From assembly GCA_964611985.1 (NCBI GenBank), contig CAZTBM010000008.1, positions 3,008 to 67,007 on the forward strand: a stretch of 64,000 bases of DNA. The letters are read 5' to 3'. This DNA comes from an uncultured Desulfurococcales archaeon. GTDB taxonomy: Archaea; Thermoproteota; Thermoprotei_A; CAZTBM01; SZUA-1508. Both the position numbers and the translations under genes were made by a program. Below the pieces are notes generated by a model. It ran no database searches, had not been told where the DNA came from, and saw only the letters and a program-made list of their open reading frames with translations. Numbering within the stretch: the first letter of the stretch is position 1; every line of letters starts with the position of its first letter. Positions 9,171 through 19,066 of this stretch are shown here, one piece after another.

Positions 9171-9194
9171 AAGACAATGCACGGGCAACCACTT

Positions 9195-10130
9195 ATGTGG
9201 AGAGTCCTAGTTACGGGGGCTGCAGGTTTTATTGGAAGCTGGACTGTAGAAGAATTACTCAAAGAAGGCTATTATGTTATTGGTGTTGACGACTTAAGTG
9301 ATGGTTCAATCTCTAGACTAAGTAATGTATTGGGTAATAACCGTTTCACCTTCATTAACACCAATATATGTGATGAGGAAGTTATGATGAAATTATGTAA
9401 GGACGTTGATGCAATTATTCATCTAGCCGCTAAAGTTAGTGTCGAAGAAGCCTTCCTAAAACCTAAACTAGCGTTTAAAGTAAATGTCGAGGGAACACTA
9501 GTCTTACTCGAGGTAGCTAGAAAAAGAGACATCAAGAGGTTTGTCTATGCTAGTAGTGTCGCAGTTTATGGTGAACCAAGAAAGCTACCTATAAGCGAGG
9601 ATCACATCATAGACCCTATAAATGTTTATGGGGCTACAAAGGCTGCTGCTGAAGCATTAGTCCATAGCTATCAAGGTAATTACGGTTTATCGACAATAGC
9701 TTTAAGATATTTTAATGTTTACGGACCGAGAATGAAAGGCGGATACTACGCTGGTGTTATTGCAAGATTCATTGAGAGAGTGTTTAATGATGAACCACCA
9801 ATAATATATGGGGATGGAAGACAGACAAGGGATTTTGTCTATGTAAAAGATGTCGTAAGAGCTAATATTACTGCACTTAGAAGCACAAAAACAGGACCAT
9901 TTAATATAGGTACAGGTATACAAACATCAATAAACGATCTCTGTTCAATAATTCTAAAGATGTTTAATAAACTACATCTTAAACCAGTATATCAGAGGCC
10001 TAGACCAGGTGATATTAGGTATAGTCAGGCTGATATAACTAAGGCTGTAAACGAGTTAAAATGGAAGCCTAAATATACACTAGAGTTAGGCCTTAGAGAG
10101 ACTATAGACTATTACCGTAGTATAAGGTAG
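9195..10130 (+). CDS. NAD-dependent epimerase/dehydratase (extended SDR, GalE-like)
   Basis: VLVTGAAGFIG, HLAA, YGATK, LRYFNVYGP, RDFVYV, RPGDI. Confidence 0.92.
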   Translation: MWRVLVTGAAGFIGSWTVEELLKEGYYVIGVDDLSDGSISRLSNVLGNNRFTFINTNICDEEVMMKLCKDVDAIIHLAAKVSVEEAFLKPKLAFKVNVEGTLVLLEVARKRDIKRFVYASSVAVYGEPRKLPISEDHIIDPINVYGATKAAAEALVHSYQGNYGLSTIALRYFNVYGPRMKGGYYAGVIARFIERVFNDEPPIIYGDGRQTRDFVYVKDVVRANITALRSTKTGPFNIGTGIQTSINDLCSIILKMFNKLHLKPVYQRPRPGDIRYSQADITKAVNELKWKPKYTLELGLRETIDYYRSIR

Positions 10131-10179
10131 CTTTAACCTCATATTCTTGTTTAAAGTTATATTGGAATAGGTGAAATTC

Positions 10180-11001
10180 ATGTCAACTCCCATCTCTATA
10201 TATGAAGCCGCTAGTGAGGCTGTAAAGAGCGGAAGAAGCTTTGCACTATGTATTATTATTGAAAAGCAGGGATCTGCACCTAGAGATGTTGGGTCAAAAA
10301 TGATAGTGTTTGAGGATGGAACAAAAATCGGCACATTGGGGGGAGGAGCCTTTGAAAGACTGGTTATTAGTGAAGCTATTAAAGCTCTAAAGGAGGGTAA
10401 ATCAAAAGTGTTAACATTCTCTTTTATGGAGCAGAGCCCCCCAAACACCATACCTACAGGGTTAATTTGTGGGGGTCTAGCTAAAGTTTATATCGATGTT
10501 GTAAAGCCTAGACCAACAATATACCTTCTAGGAGCAGGGCATATAGCAAAACCCTTAGCAGACATAATTAACATTTTAGGTTTCCCTGTAATTGTAGTTG
10601 ATGATAACCCTGATTTCGCTAATAGAGATAGATATCCTTATGCCAAGGATATAATAGTTGACACATGGGAAGAGGCTTTAAGAAAGATTAAACCTAATGA
10701 AAGAGACATTATAATCATAGTTTATGGTGAAATAGAAAAAGACTATAAAGCATTGAAAAGGGCCATTGAGACTAATGTATCATACATAGGATTACTTGGG
10801 AGTAGAAGAAAAGTACGTATATTTCTAGATAGGCTAAAAGGTGAAGGAATAGACATAAACAAACTTAAAGGAAGACTTTACGCACCAATAGGCTTAGATC
10901 TGAACGCTGATACACCAGAGGAAGTCGCTATAAGCATTATAGCAGAAGTATTAAAGATCATTAAAGGTGGATCTGGAGAACACTTAACAATAGTAAAGTA
11001 G
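10180..11001 (+). CDS. XdhC/CoxI family molybdoenzyme maturation factor
   Basis: GSAPRDVGSKM, GTLGGG, ICGG, GAGHIA, YIGLLGSRRK, PIGLDLNADTPEEVAISI. Confidence 0.92.
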   Translation: MSTPISIYEAASEAVKSGRSFALCIIIEKQGSAPRDVGSKMIVFEDGTKIGTLGGGAFERLVISEAIKALKEGKSKVLTFSFMEQSPPNTIPTGLICGGLAKVYIDVVKPRPTIYLLGAGHIAKPLADIINILGFPVIVVDDNPDFANRDRYPYAKDIIVDTWEEALRKIKPNERDIIIIVYGEIEKDYKALKRAIETNVSYIGLLGSRRKVRIFLDRLKGEGIDINKLKGRLYAPIGLDLNADTPEEVAISIIAEVLKIIKGGSGEHLTIVK

Positions 11002-11013
11002 TGATGAGCAATT

Positions 11014-11610
11014 ATGATACCAATGATAATATTAGCTGCAGGTATGTCAACAAGGTACCCTGGCAATAAGTTACTTGAGGATTTCTGCGGTAAAAAGCTA
11101 ATACGCAGAGTGGTAGAAACAGCATTATCGTCTATTGTTGATGAGGTTATCGTTGTAATAGGCTTTGAAGCTAAAAGAATAGAGAATGCCCTAAAAGGGT
11201 GTGAGGTGAAATTAGTATACAACGAAGATTATGTAAGAGGTATGAGTACTAGTGTACGAAAGGGTGTAAAGGTAGTCAAAGAATACGCAGAGGCAGTACT
11301 AATACACCCAGCTGATGTAGCTTTAATATCAAAGGATGATATTAATGCGGTTATAAACAAATATAGAGAGACAAAAGCCCCTATAGTTGTAACATCATAC
11401 ATGGGCAGACACGGGCACCCAATATTATTCGATAGATCATTATTTAATGAAATTTTAGAAATAAAAGAGGAAACATTTGGGCTAAAGGCAGTTAAATGGA
11501 GACATAGAGATAAGATCGTAAGTGTGGAAAGAGGCCTTCAAGTATTATACGATATAGATGATATTCATGATATGGCTAAGGCTAAGAGGATGCTCTGTAG
11601 GAAAAGCTAA
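11014..11610 (+). CDS. molybdenum cofactor cytidylyltransferase (MocA-like NTP transferase)
   Basis: ILAAGMSTRY..NKLL, GMSTSVRKG, GHPILF, DIDD; adjacent to xdhC. Confidence 0.85.
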   Translation: MIPMIILAAGMSTRYPGNKLLEDFCGKKLIRRVVETALSSIVDEVIVVIGFEAKRIENALKGCEVKLVYNEDYVRGMSTSVRKGVKVVKEYAEAVLIHPADVALISKDDINAVINKYRETKAPIVVTSYMGRHGHPILFDRSLFNEILEIKEETFGLKAVKWRHRDKIVSVERGLQVLYDIDDIHDMAKAKRMLCRKS

Positions 11611-11633
11611 GACGAATTAAGATTCTCTTACTA

Positions 11634-11648
11634 ACTCATAATCCCCAA
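11634..11648 (+). repeat. 15-bp direct repeat copy 2 (ACTCATAATCCCCAA)
   Basis: Exact match to 9156-9170. Confidence 0.5.
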
Positions 11649-11701
11649 GATATAAGTATCCTTTTTAATATTGAACTAAATAGTTGAGGAAGTGACGATT
11701 T

Positions 11702-12481
11702 ATGAGTGGGAAATCTTTTAGACTAAAAAGGTTATTCAAGGATAATAAGGCTCTAGTAATTGCCATGGATTCTTATGAAGATTTGAAAGGCCCTTCGAAC
11801 TTAAACTATGTATATAGTGTTTTGGAGGGCTTATTAGTCATAGAGATGTTAAGTGGAATAATACTTGACCCAGGAATAGTTGATAAGCTAATCGATAGAA
11901 TACCTGGAGATAAAGCATTAATTGTGAGAGCTGATAGTAAAACAAGAATAAAGGAGCCACACAAGCTTAAAGTGAAGTTAATAATTGACGTTGAGGAAGC
12001 TTTAGCTTTAGGTGCAGATGCCATATTAAACGCCTTATATATAGGCTCGGAATACGAAGATGAAACGATAGAGAACACAGCCTTTCTAGCTAGGTATTGT
12101 AGAAGATTCGGCTTACCACTCATAACAGAAGTAATGATAGCATGCGATGAAAAAGAGTATGAAATGTTACCTATAGGTATTAAGCTAGCGTCAGAAATAG
12201 GAGCTGACATAATTAAGATACCCTACATTAAATCTATAGCCCTTCTTGAAGAGTTGATAGACATTTCACCAGTTCCAATTCTAGTATGTGAAAGACCGGG
12301 GCTCGCTAATGTAAGGGAAATACTAGAAATGGCATATAACTCAATACATGCTGGTGCATCAGGTATAGTGGTGGGTAAGAGTATATGGAAGCATGAGGAC
12401 CCAGTTAAACTTGTTGAAGCTTTAGGTGCAATAGTATATGACAATATTACAATAGAGGAAGCCCTCAAAATAGCAATGTAA
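11702..12481 (+). CDS. DhnA/LsrF-family class I aldolase-like protein (divergent)
   Basis: LVIAMD, VEEALALGADA, ASEIGADIIK (Schiff-base Lys), AGASGIVVG. Confidence 0.8.
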   Translation: MSGKSFRLKRLFKDNKALVIAMDSYEDLKGPSNLNYVYSVLEGLLVIEMLSGIILDPGIVDKLIDRIPGDKALIVRADSKTRIKEPHKLKVKLIIDVEEALALGADAILNALYIGSEYEDETIENTAFLARYCRRFGLPLITEVMIACDEKEYEMLPIGIKLASEIGADIIKIPYIKSIALLEELIDISPVPILVCERPGLANVREILEMAYNSIHAGASGIVVGKSIWKHEDPVKLVEALGAIVYDNITIEEALKIAM

Positions 12482-12577
12482 TATACATCTTTTAATCAGA
12501 TATTTTAATCTGTTCAATTCACCTAGAAGAATGTTAGTGGAGCAAAATATCTTATTATGTTTCCCACATATGTAACA

Positions 12578-12585
12578 TTTAAATA
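12578..12585 (+). promoter_or_regulatory. TATA box of the thr operon
   Basis: TTTAAATA about 25 nt before GTG 12610 and 37 nt before TTG 12622. Confidence 0.5.
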
Positions 12586-12621
12586 CCCCCCATTCTTAAT
12601 CAGTAACCCGTGGTGATATCC

Positions 12622-13847
12622 TTGCGCCAAACAGTATAGCCGTTATAAAATGTATTGAGTGTTCTTCTGAGTTTAACCTACTTGATAAAAGAGTTCTCTG
12701 TTCTTGTGGGGGTCTTCTTCAGATAGAGTTTAAGAAGAATCCTGAAATCTCATGGAGTTTACTAGGGAGTAGACCATTTAAGTTATGGAGATATAGGGAG
12801 CTAATACCAGTACCTAAAGATGCCCAAATAATATCTCTTGGTGAAGGTGGAACACCATTAATAAAACTGGTGAACTCTAATGATGAAATTAAGGTTAATG
12901 AAGTCTACGTAAAGTTTGATGGAGCTAATCCTACTGGAAGCTTTAAGGATAGGGGTATGACCGTAGCAATATCTATGGCTAAGTATTTAGGGGTAAATGT
13001 TGTTGCTTGTGCATCTACAGGAAATACTTCAGCATCGATGTGTGCTTATGCTGCCAGAGCTAATATAAAGCCGCTAATAGTCTTACCTAAAGGTAATGTT
13101 GCTAAAGGTAAGCTTGCTCAAGCGATACTACATGGGGCTGAAATAGTATTTGTTGGAGGAGGATTTGACGATGCCTTAAAGGTTATAATAGAAGCTTCAA
13201 AAAAGGGATTGATCTATCCACTTAACTCAATAAATCCATGGAGAATTGAAGGTCAGAAAACTGTAGGCTACGAAATAGTGGATGAAGTAGGAGTACCTGA
13301 CTGGATAGTCATTCCAGTCGGTAATGCTGGTAATATTTCCGCTCTTTGGAAGGGACTTGTCGAACTTAAAAAGATTGGTTTAATAGATAAATTACCACGA
13401 CTTGCCGGAATACAGGCCTCTGGAGCTGCTCCACTTGTTAAAGCGTATAGAGAGAGCTTAGATAAACCTGTATTCATAGAGGACCCAGAGACCATCGCAA
13501 CTGCTATAAGAATAGGTAAACCAGTAAATTGGCCTAGAGCTCTAAAAGCCATAAAAGAGAGTAAAGGAGTACTTATAGACGTTAGCGATGATGAAATACT
13601 TCAAGCACAAAGATTACTGGCAAGACGTGAAGGTTTAGGCGTTGAACCTGCAAGTGCCGCCTCAATAGCTGGTCTGAGAAAGTTGCGAGAGGAAGGAGTA
13701 ATCGATCGTAATGAAAGGGTCGTAGCTATAGCTACTGGACATGCATTAAAAGATCCTGACACTGCTTCTTCTCACTATGTTAAATCTTATGAAGTGAAAG
13801 ACGTTAATGAAGCATTATCATTACTACATAAACTCATAACACAATGA
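12622..13847 (+). CDS. thrC: threonine synthase (5' end apparently frameshifted)
   Basis: NPTGSFKDRG PLP lysine, ASTGNTSAS, VPDWIVIPVGNAGN, EPASA. The frame stays open upstream of the called 12870 start and encodes KCIEC...CSCGG, LWRYRE and SLGEGGTPL, but has no in-frame ATG/GTG/TTG. Confidence 0.85.
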
Positions 13848-13859
13848 GGTGAAAAGTGT

Positions 13860-14834
13860 ATGTTACGTGTTAGAAATCCATACCACAATATAGATGAAAG
13901 CTTAAATAGCGTAATAGTCGAGGCACCGGCATCAATAGCCAATCTTGGGCCAGGATTCGATATACTAGCTATGGCTATTGACGGATTCAAGGATAAAGTA
14001 CAAATAACCATTAAACCAGGGTCAGGACGCATATCAATCAAAGCTGAGGGTATGAAAATACCTGAGAATGAGGATAATGTAGCCTACGGTGTAATAAGAG
14101 ACGCTATAGAAAGATACAGCCTTTCAAACGTAGACTTTTATGTAAGGATTGTTAAGAGAGTACCATTAGCTTCAGGCCTTGGAAGCTCTGGTGCAACCGC
14201 TGCAGCAACAGCCTACGGGGTCTCGATACTTGCTGGTTTAGACTTAGATGTACAAGACATAATAAGATTAGCAGGTGCCGGAGAGGCTGTTGCTGCCGGA
14301 ACACCACACTACGATAATGTCTCAGCTAGCATTCTTGGAGGAATAGTAATAATAGATCCTGTATCCCTCAAAGCGTATAAGGTTAGGTCAAGAATAAGAT
14401 TTTGGATTGCAGTAATAACACCAAACATACCTAGAGGATATAAGAAGACTAGGATAGCTAGATCAGTTCTGCCACGAGAAGTAGAACTACACATTCATGT
14501 TAAGCAGTCAGCAAATATAGCTAAAATAATATACGCTCTTCAAGCAGGAGACTTAGAGGCTCTAGGAGAGGCAATATCAACAGATTATATAGTGGAGCCT
14601 AATAGAGCGAGATTGATACCAGGCTACTGGGAATTAAAGAAGATAGCATTAGGAAATGGGGCGTTAGGATTTAATATTGCTGGTGCAGGTCCTTCAGTGT
14701 TCTCCATATATAGAAGTAAACTCGATGCACAAAGAGTTGGTAAGAAAATGATAGAGTATCTAAAAAGCATCAACATTGATGCCTCACTTTACATAACTAG
14801 AGTATCAAATCAAGGTGTAAAAGTTATAGGGTGA
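13860..14834 (+). CDS. thrB: homoserine kinase
   Basis: APASIANLGPGFD, PLASGLGSSGA, PHYDNV, IAGAGPS. Confidence 0.95.
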   Translation: MLRVRNPYHNIDESLNSVIVEAPASIANLGPGFDILAMAIDGFKDKVQITIKPGSGRISIKAEGMKIPENEDNVAYGVIRDAIERYSLSNVDFYVRIVKRVPLASGLGSSGATAAATAYGVSILAGLDLDVQDIIRLAGAGEAVAAGTPHYDNVSASILGGIVIIDPVSLKAYKVRSRIRFWIAVITPNIPRGYKKTRIARSVLPREVELHIHVKQSANIAKIIYALQAGDLEALGEAISTDYIVEPNRARLIPGYWELKKIALGNGALGFNIAGAGPSVFSIYRSKLDAQRVGKKMIEYLKSINIDASLYITRVSNQGVKVIG

Positions 14835-15865
14835 AAGTCGTGGTGAAAAAAGCCAGTATAATAATAGTAGGTTTTGGAAGTGTTGGAAGAAACTTAGCCA
14901 AACTAATAGCATTTAGAAATAAAATAATTGAAGATAAATATGATACCCGTATTAACGTTAGCGCCATTTTAGACTCTCGAGGGGCAGTAATGAAGGAGGG
15001 AGGATTCACACCATACGAGCTGCTAAAACTATGTGAATTACCAAGGTCAAGTGTTAGCTCCTATAAACCTTATGGCTTTCCTAGCGCTAAACTCAAAGAT
15101 GTATATTCAAAGATAATACCAGATGTTCAGGTCGAAGTAACTCCATCAAACTATGAAAATGGCGAGCCGGGACTAAGTGATATACTATATGCATTAAAAA
15201 ATAAGGTAAACATTGTATCATCTAATAAGGCACCATTCGTCCTAGCATATAAACGCTTAATGGATATGGCGTCAAAGAATAACGTCCAAATAAGATTCAA
15301 AGCTACAGTAATGGCTGGAACACCATTAATTGACTTGCTTAATGGACTAAAAGGGTATGATATAGAATCTGTAGAGGGTATACTCAATGGTACAACAAAC
15401 TTCATTTTAACTGAGATGCACGAGAACCTACTATCATACAGTGAGGCTTTAAAGAAAGCACAAGCCCTTGGAATAGCAGAGGCAAATCCTGATCTAGATG
15501 TTAAAGGCTGGGACCCAGCGGCAAAGCTAGTCATAATATCAAATGTCATAGGACAACCTATCGAGTTAAGCAGGGTAGATAGGGATGACCTATCACGCTT
15601 AGACATTAAGGAGATCTATAAAGCAATCAAAGAAAACAAGGTAATAAAGTTCATCGCCGGCCTCAATATTAAAGAGAAGAAAGCCTCAGTAAAACTAACA
15701 AAAATACCTCGAGAAGATATCTTAGCTTCAGTAAATGGTACACTAAATGCTGTCAAGATAAGGACAGATGTAAACAACATAACTTTAATAGGAAAAGGCG
15801 CTGGGGGAGCTGAAACAGCACATGCTATACTGGATGATTTAATCAGCATTATAAAGGTGATATGA
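14831..15865 (+). CDS. hom: homoserine dehydrogenase
   Basis: IVGFGSVG, SSNKAP, ATVMAGTP, GILNGTTNFIL, AEANPDLDVKGWDPAAK, GKGAGGAETA. Confidence 0.95.
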   Translation: MKVVVKKASIIIVGFGSVGRNLAKLIAFRNKIIEDKYDTRINVSAILDSRGAVMKEGGFTPYELLKLCELPRSSVSSYKPYGFPSAKLKDVYSKIIPDVQVEVTPSNYENGEPGLSDILYALKNKVNIVSSNKAPFVLAYKRLMDMASKNNVQIRFKATVMAGTPLIDLLNGLKGYDIESVEGILNGTTNFILTEMHENLLSYSEALKKAQALGIAEANPDLDVKGWDPAAKLVIISNVIGQPIELSRVDRDDLSRLDIKEIYKAIKENKVIKFIAGLNIKEKKASVKLTKIPREDILASVNGTLNAVKIRTDVNNITLIGKGAGGAETAHAILDDLISIIKVI

Positions 15866-16995
15866 CCATGCTAAAGGATAAAGCAGTAGTAGTAAAGATT
15901 GGAGGATCCCTATTAAAGGATGGGAAATCGTACATTAAAATAGCTGAACAATTGAAGACGAAATTTAGCGAGAAAGGAACTAACTTGATAGTTGTTGTCT
16001 CAGCAATGAAGGGTATAACTGATAAGCTAATAGAAGCGTATAATGGCTCCATAGGGGCATTACAAGAAGTCACCAATAAATGTGAAGAAGCAGCAGAACA
16101 CATAGGGGGCTCAAAACTAAAGAGGAAAGTATGTGAAGAGCTGATAAGACTTGAAGCAACATTTAAACTAGCTTTCACAAAAGACCCTATAATAAAAGAT
16201 CTAATACTATCATATGGAGAGAGAATAAGCAAAAAGTTACTAGTAGAGGCATTAACATTATGTGGTGTTAAAGCAGTAAGTCTAGATGCGATTGAATTGA
16301 TAAAAACTGATGACACACATGGTAATGCATCAATAGAGTATAGAGATACGTATAAAAGAATAGTTACCAGTATACCTATCCTGCTCAACGAGAATGTGGT
16401 TCCAGTAATAGAAGGTTTTATAGGTTCAACGAGCCATGGTGTCATCACCACTCTTGGGCGTGGTGGCTCAGACTATACTGCAACCACTATTGCTGCATTA
16501 TTAGGAATAAATGAGGTATACCTTATAACAGACATGCCTGGAATCATGACTGCTGACCCGAAATATGTTCCATCAGCCAAGGTAGTATCAGAAATCAGCT
16601 ATGTTGAGGCTATTGAAGCATCCTTATATGGTGGTAAACGATTACATCCTAGGACATTCCATCCACTCATAAATATCTATAGTAGTACTGTTAGAATAGG
16701 TTCATTAGAAAACGTGGGGACAGCAATTGTAAAATCCTTAGATATAGCTAAACGTGGCAGACCTAAGCTAATGACATATAAGTTTAGATTAGACCATGTC
16801 TATATAGCTTTAATTGGAGAAGGCATACATGAACATAGTGTTATAAGCGAGATCATAAGTTACGTTAACAAATCAAATTTAAACTATGAAGGTTTTTATA
16901 CATTCAAAAACAGGCCTTCAATAGTCTTTCTATTCAAAAATGAACTCTTAGAAAAAGCTCTAAATACACTCCATAACCTGTTATTGGGGAAGTGA
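15862..16995 (+). CDS. lysC: aspartate kinase
   Basis: VVKIGGS, VVVSAM, SYGERIS, TLGRGGSDYTA, TDMPGIMTADP. Confidence 0.93.
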   Translation: MTMLKDKAVVVKIGGSLLKDGKSYIKIAEQLKTKFSEKGTNLIVVVSAMKGITDKLIEAYNGSIGALQEVTNKCEEAAEHIGGSKLKRKVCEELIRLEATFKLAFTKDPIIKDLILSYGERISKKLLVEALTLCGVKAVSLDAIELIKTDDTHGNASIEYRDTYKRIVTSIPILLNENVVPVIEGFIGSTSHGVITTLGRGGSDYTATTIAALLGINEVYLITDMPGIMTADPKYVPSAKVVSEISYVEAIEASLYGGKRLHPRTFHPLINIYSSTVRIGSLENVGTAIVKSLDIAKRGRPKLMTYKFRLDHVYIALIGEGIHEHSVISEIISYVNKSNLNYEGFYTFKNRPSIVFLFKNELLEKALNTLHNLLLGK

Positions 16996-18059
16996 AGGAT
17001 ATGAGATATAAGGTTTGTGTATTAGGAGCCACAGGTCTTGTAGGTCAAAGAATGGTATCTATACTATCAATGCATCCTTGGTTTAATGTAGAAATATTAG
17101 CGGCATCAGAGAGGTCTGCTGGTAAGAAGTATAGAGAAGCAGTAAAATGGATCATTGATGAACCATTTCCAGAGAACTTAGGTGATATCGTAGTATCTAA
17201 GATAGATGCTGAAATGATAGCTAAAGAGATGCCAGACATAGTATTTTCAGCATTACCTTCAAGCGTTGCTTTAAACATAGAGCTGGAGCTACTTAAGAGG
17301 GGTATAACTGTAGTGTCAAATGCTAGCCCATTAAGAATGGAGCCGGATGTACCAGTATTAAATCCTGAGGTAAATGCTGACCATATTGAATTAGTAAAAT
17401 ATCAGAAGAATAGAGGATGGAAAGGAATAGTAGCAAAAGTTCCAAACTGTTCAACGGCAATACTAACTTTAGCCTTAAAACCCATAATGGACGAATTCGG
17501 TATAAAGAGAGTAATAGTGTCAACTATGCAAGCTCTATCTGGAGCCGGATTTAAAGGAGTGCCCTCTATGGCCATACTAGATAATGTAATACCTTATATT
17601 GAAAAAGAAGAAGAAAAGGTAGAAATTGAATCATTAAAGATTCTTGGAAAACTTAAGGAGAATCAGGTCGAATTCGCTGATGTGAAAGTTTCAGCCAGTT
17701 GTCATAGAGTAATGGTGTTAGATGGACATATGGAGGTAGTATTTGTTGAAACCGTAAAGAAAGCTGATGTAGATCAAGTAAAAGAGGCATTAAGAGAGTT
17801 TAAAGGGAACAAGATAAAAGATCTCAATCTACCATCGGCACCAAATAAACCTATAGTTGTAAGAGACGAGCCAGATAGACCACAGCCAAGACTAGATAGA
17901 AAGGAAGGAAAAGGCATGAGCATTGTTGTAGGTAGAATACGTGAGGACAAGGCACTTAATGGTATAAAATTCATAGTCCTAGGACACAACACCATTAGAG
18001 GTGCCGCAGGAACAGCAATACTAATAGGTGAACTAATGGCTAAGAAAGGTTTTATTTAA
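16992..18059 (+). CDS. asd: aspartate-semialdehyde dehydrogenase
   Basis: LGATGLVGQ, SNAS, PNCST active-site Cys, QALSGAG, SCHRV, HNTIRGAAG. Confidence 0.96.
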   Translation: MKDMRYKVCVLGATGLVGQRMVSILSMHPWFNVEILAASERSAGKKYREAVKWIIDEPFPENLGDIVVSKIDAEMIAKEMPDIVFSALPSSVALNIELELLKRGITVVSNASPLRMEPDVPVLNPEVNADHIELVKYQKNRGWKGIVAKVPNCSTAILTLALKPIMDEFGIKRVIVSTMQALSGAGFKGVPSMAILDNVIPYIEKEEEKVEIESLKILGKLKENQVEFADVKVSASCHRVMVLDGHMEVVFVETVKKADVDQVKEALREFKGNKIKDLNLPSAPNKPIVVRDEPDRPQPRLDRKEGKGMSIVVGRIREDKALNGIKFIVLGHNTIRGAAGTAILIGELMAKKGFI

Positions 18060-18251
18060 TTTTCTATTCTCTTGTTAAGAGTAAAATCTCAGCTATGCTC
18101 CCCTATTCTTTACTTAACACCATTAATGATAAAAACTAAGTGTATTTAGATTTCTCCGAATCAAAGGGAAGAAAAAGGTAATATACTTTATACTAAGATT
18201 AGTTATAGTAAAAGAGTGTATGTAAAGAGTTTCTGCATGGTGCAGTAAGTT

Positions 18252-19049
18252 ATGGTTAAACCAGCAATCTACCGTATTGTATCAGTAAGTAAGAAGACAG
18301 GTAAAACCAAACTCATTACACTATTAGCTAAGGAACTTATGGCACAAGGAGTAGAAGTTGCGGTGATTAAGCATTCGGTTAAGGGCATTGACTTAAAAGG
18401 TAAAGACACTAGTAGGTTTGCTTCTGTAGGTGTTAAAAGGATAGTATTCGTGTCGCCTAGAGAGACCGTACTGTTCATAAAGCAAGGTGATGAATCTCTT
18501 AATTCAGCATTAGCTCTCTTAGAACCTTTATACCCAATAATATTAGTTGAAGGCTTTAAAAGTGAAAGAGAGGGTAAAATTATCGGATTAATTTCATCAT
18601 CTAATGATGTAAGGTACTATTTAGACTATAAGGAATCTATTATTGCATTAGTATGTACTAGTACGGGTATAGCACAAGAAATTAAGGATAAATTGTATAC
18701 CACAGCTCAAAGGGTATTCATAGGTATAAATAAGAGAACTGCTAGATCATTAGCCAAGATTATAGTAGAAGATGCTATTAAGCATGTACATAGTCAGTTG
18801 CCTAAGTTGGATTGTGGTCACTGTGGATATGCTACATGCATGGATTATGCTAGAGCTCTAGTACTCTCGTTAACTCGTGAACCATGCCCTCAAAGACTCG
18901 ATGTTGTATTAAAGGTTGATAAAAAGGATGTACCATTAGGCCCTTATCCTAAACGTATCTTTATGAACGTAATTCAAGCTCTCATTAACACATTAAAAGG
19001 TGTACCCAAGGATTATAAAGAAGTTGAAGTAAAAATATCTAAGGATTAG
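18252..19049 (+). CDS. mobB: molybdopterin-guanine dinucleotide biosynthesis protein B with C-terminal Fe-S domain
   Basis: KTGKT P-loop, VAVIKH, GKDTSRF, LVEGFK; C-terminal LPKLDCGHCGYATC...C. Confidence 0.85.
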   Translation: MVKPAIYRIVSVSKKTGKTKLITLLAKELMAQGVEVAVIKHSVKGIDLKGKDTSRFASVGVKRIVFVSPRETVLFIKQGDESLNSALALLEPLYPIILVEGFKSEREGKIIGLISSSNDVRYYLDYKESIIALVCTSTGIAQEIKDKLYTTAQRVFIGINKRTARSLAKIIVEDAIKHVHSQLPKLDCGHCGYATCMDYARALVLSLTREPCPQRLDVVLKVDKKDVPLGPYPKRIFMNVIQALINTLKGVPKDYKEVEVKISKD

Positions 19050-19066
19050 AGTTATCCTATATTTCC

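Noticed and set aside
8992-9192. 66-aa minus-strand ORF over the GC-rich element
   Set aside because: No protein motif; better explained as an antisense frame over a structured RNA.
12610-12639. Short uORF MVISLRQTV as a thr attenuator leader peptide
   Set aside because: Only one Thr and one Ile codon and no terminator/antiterminator hairpins; better explained as the mis-framed thrC start.
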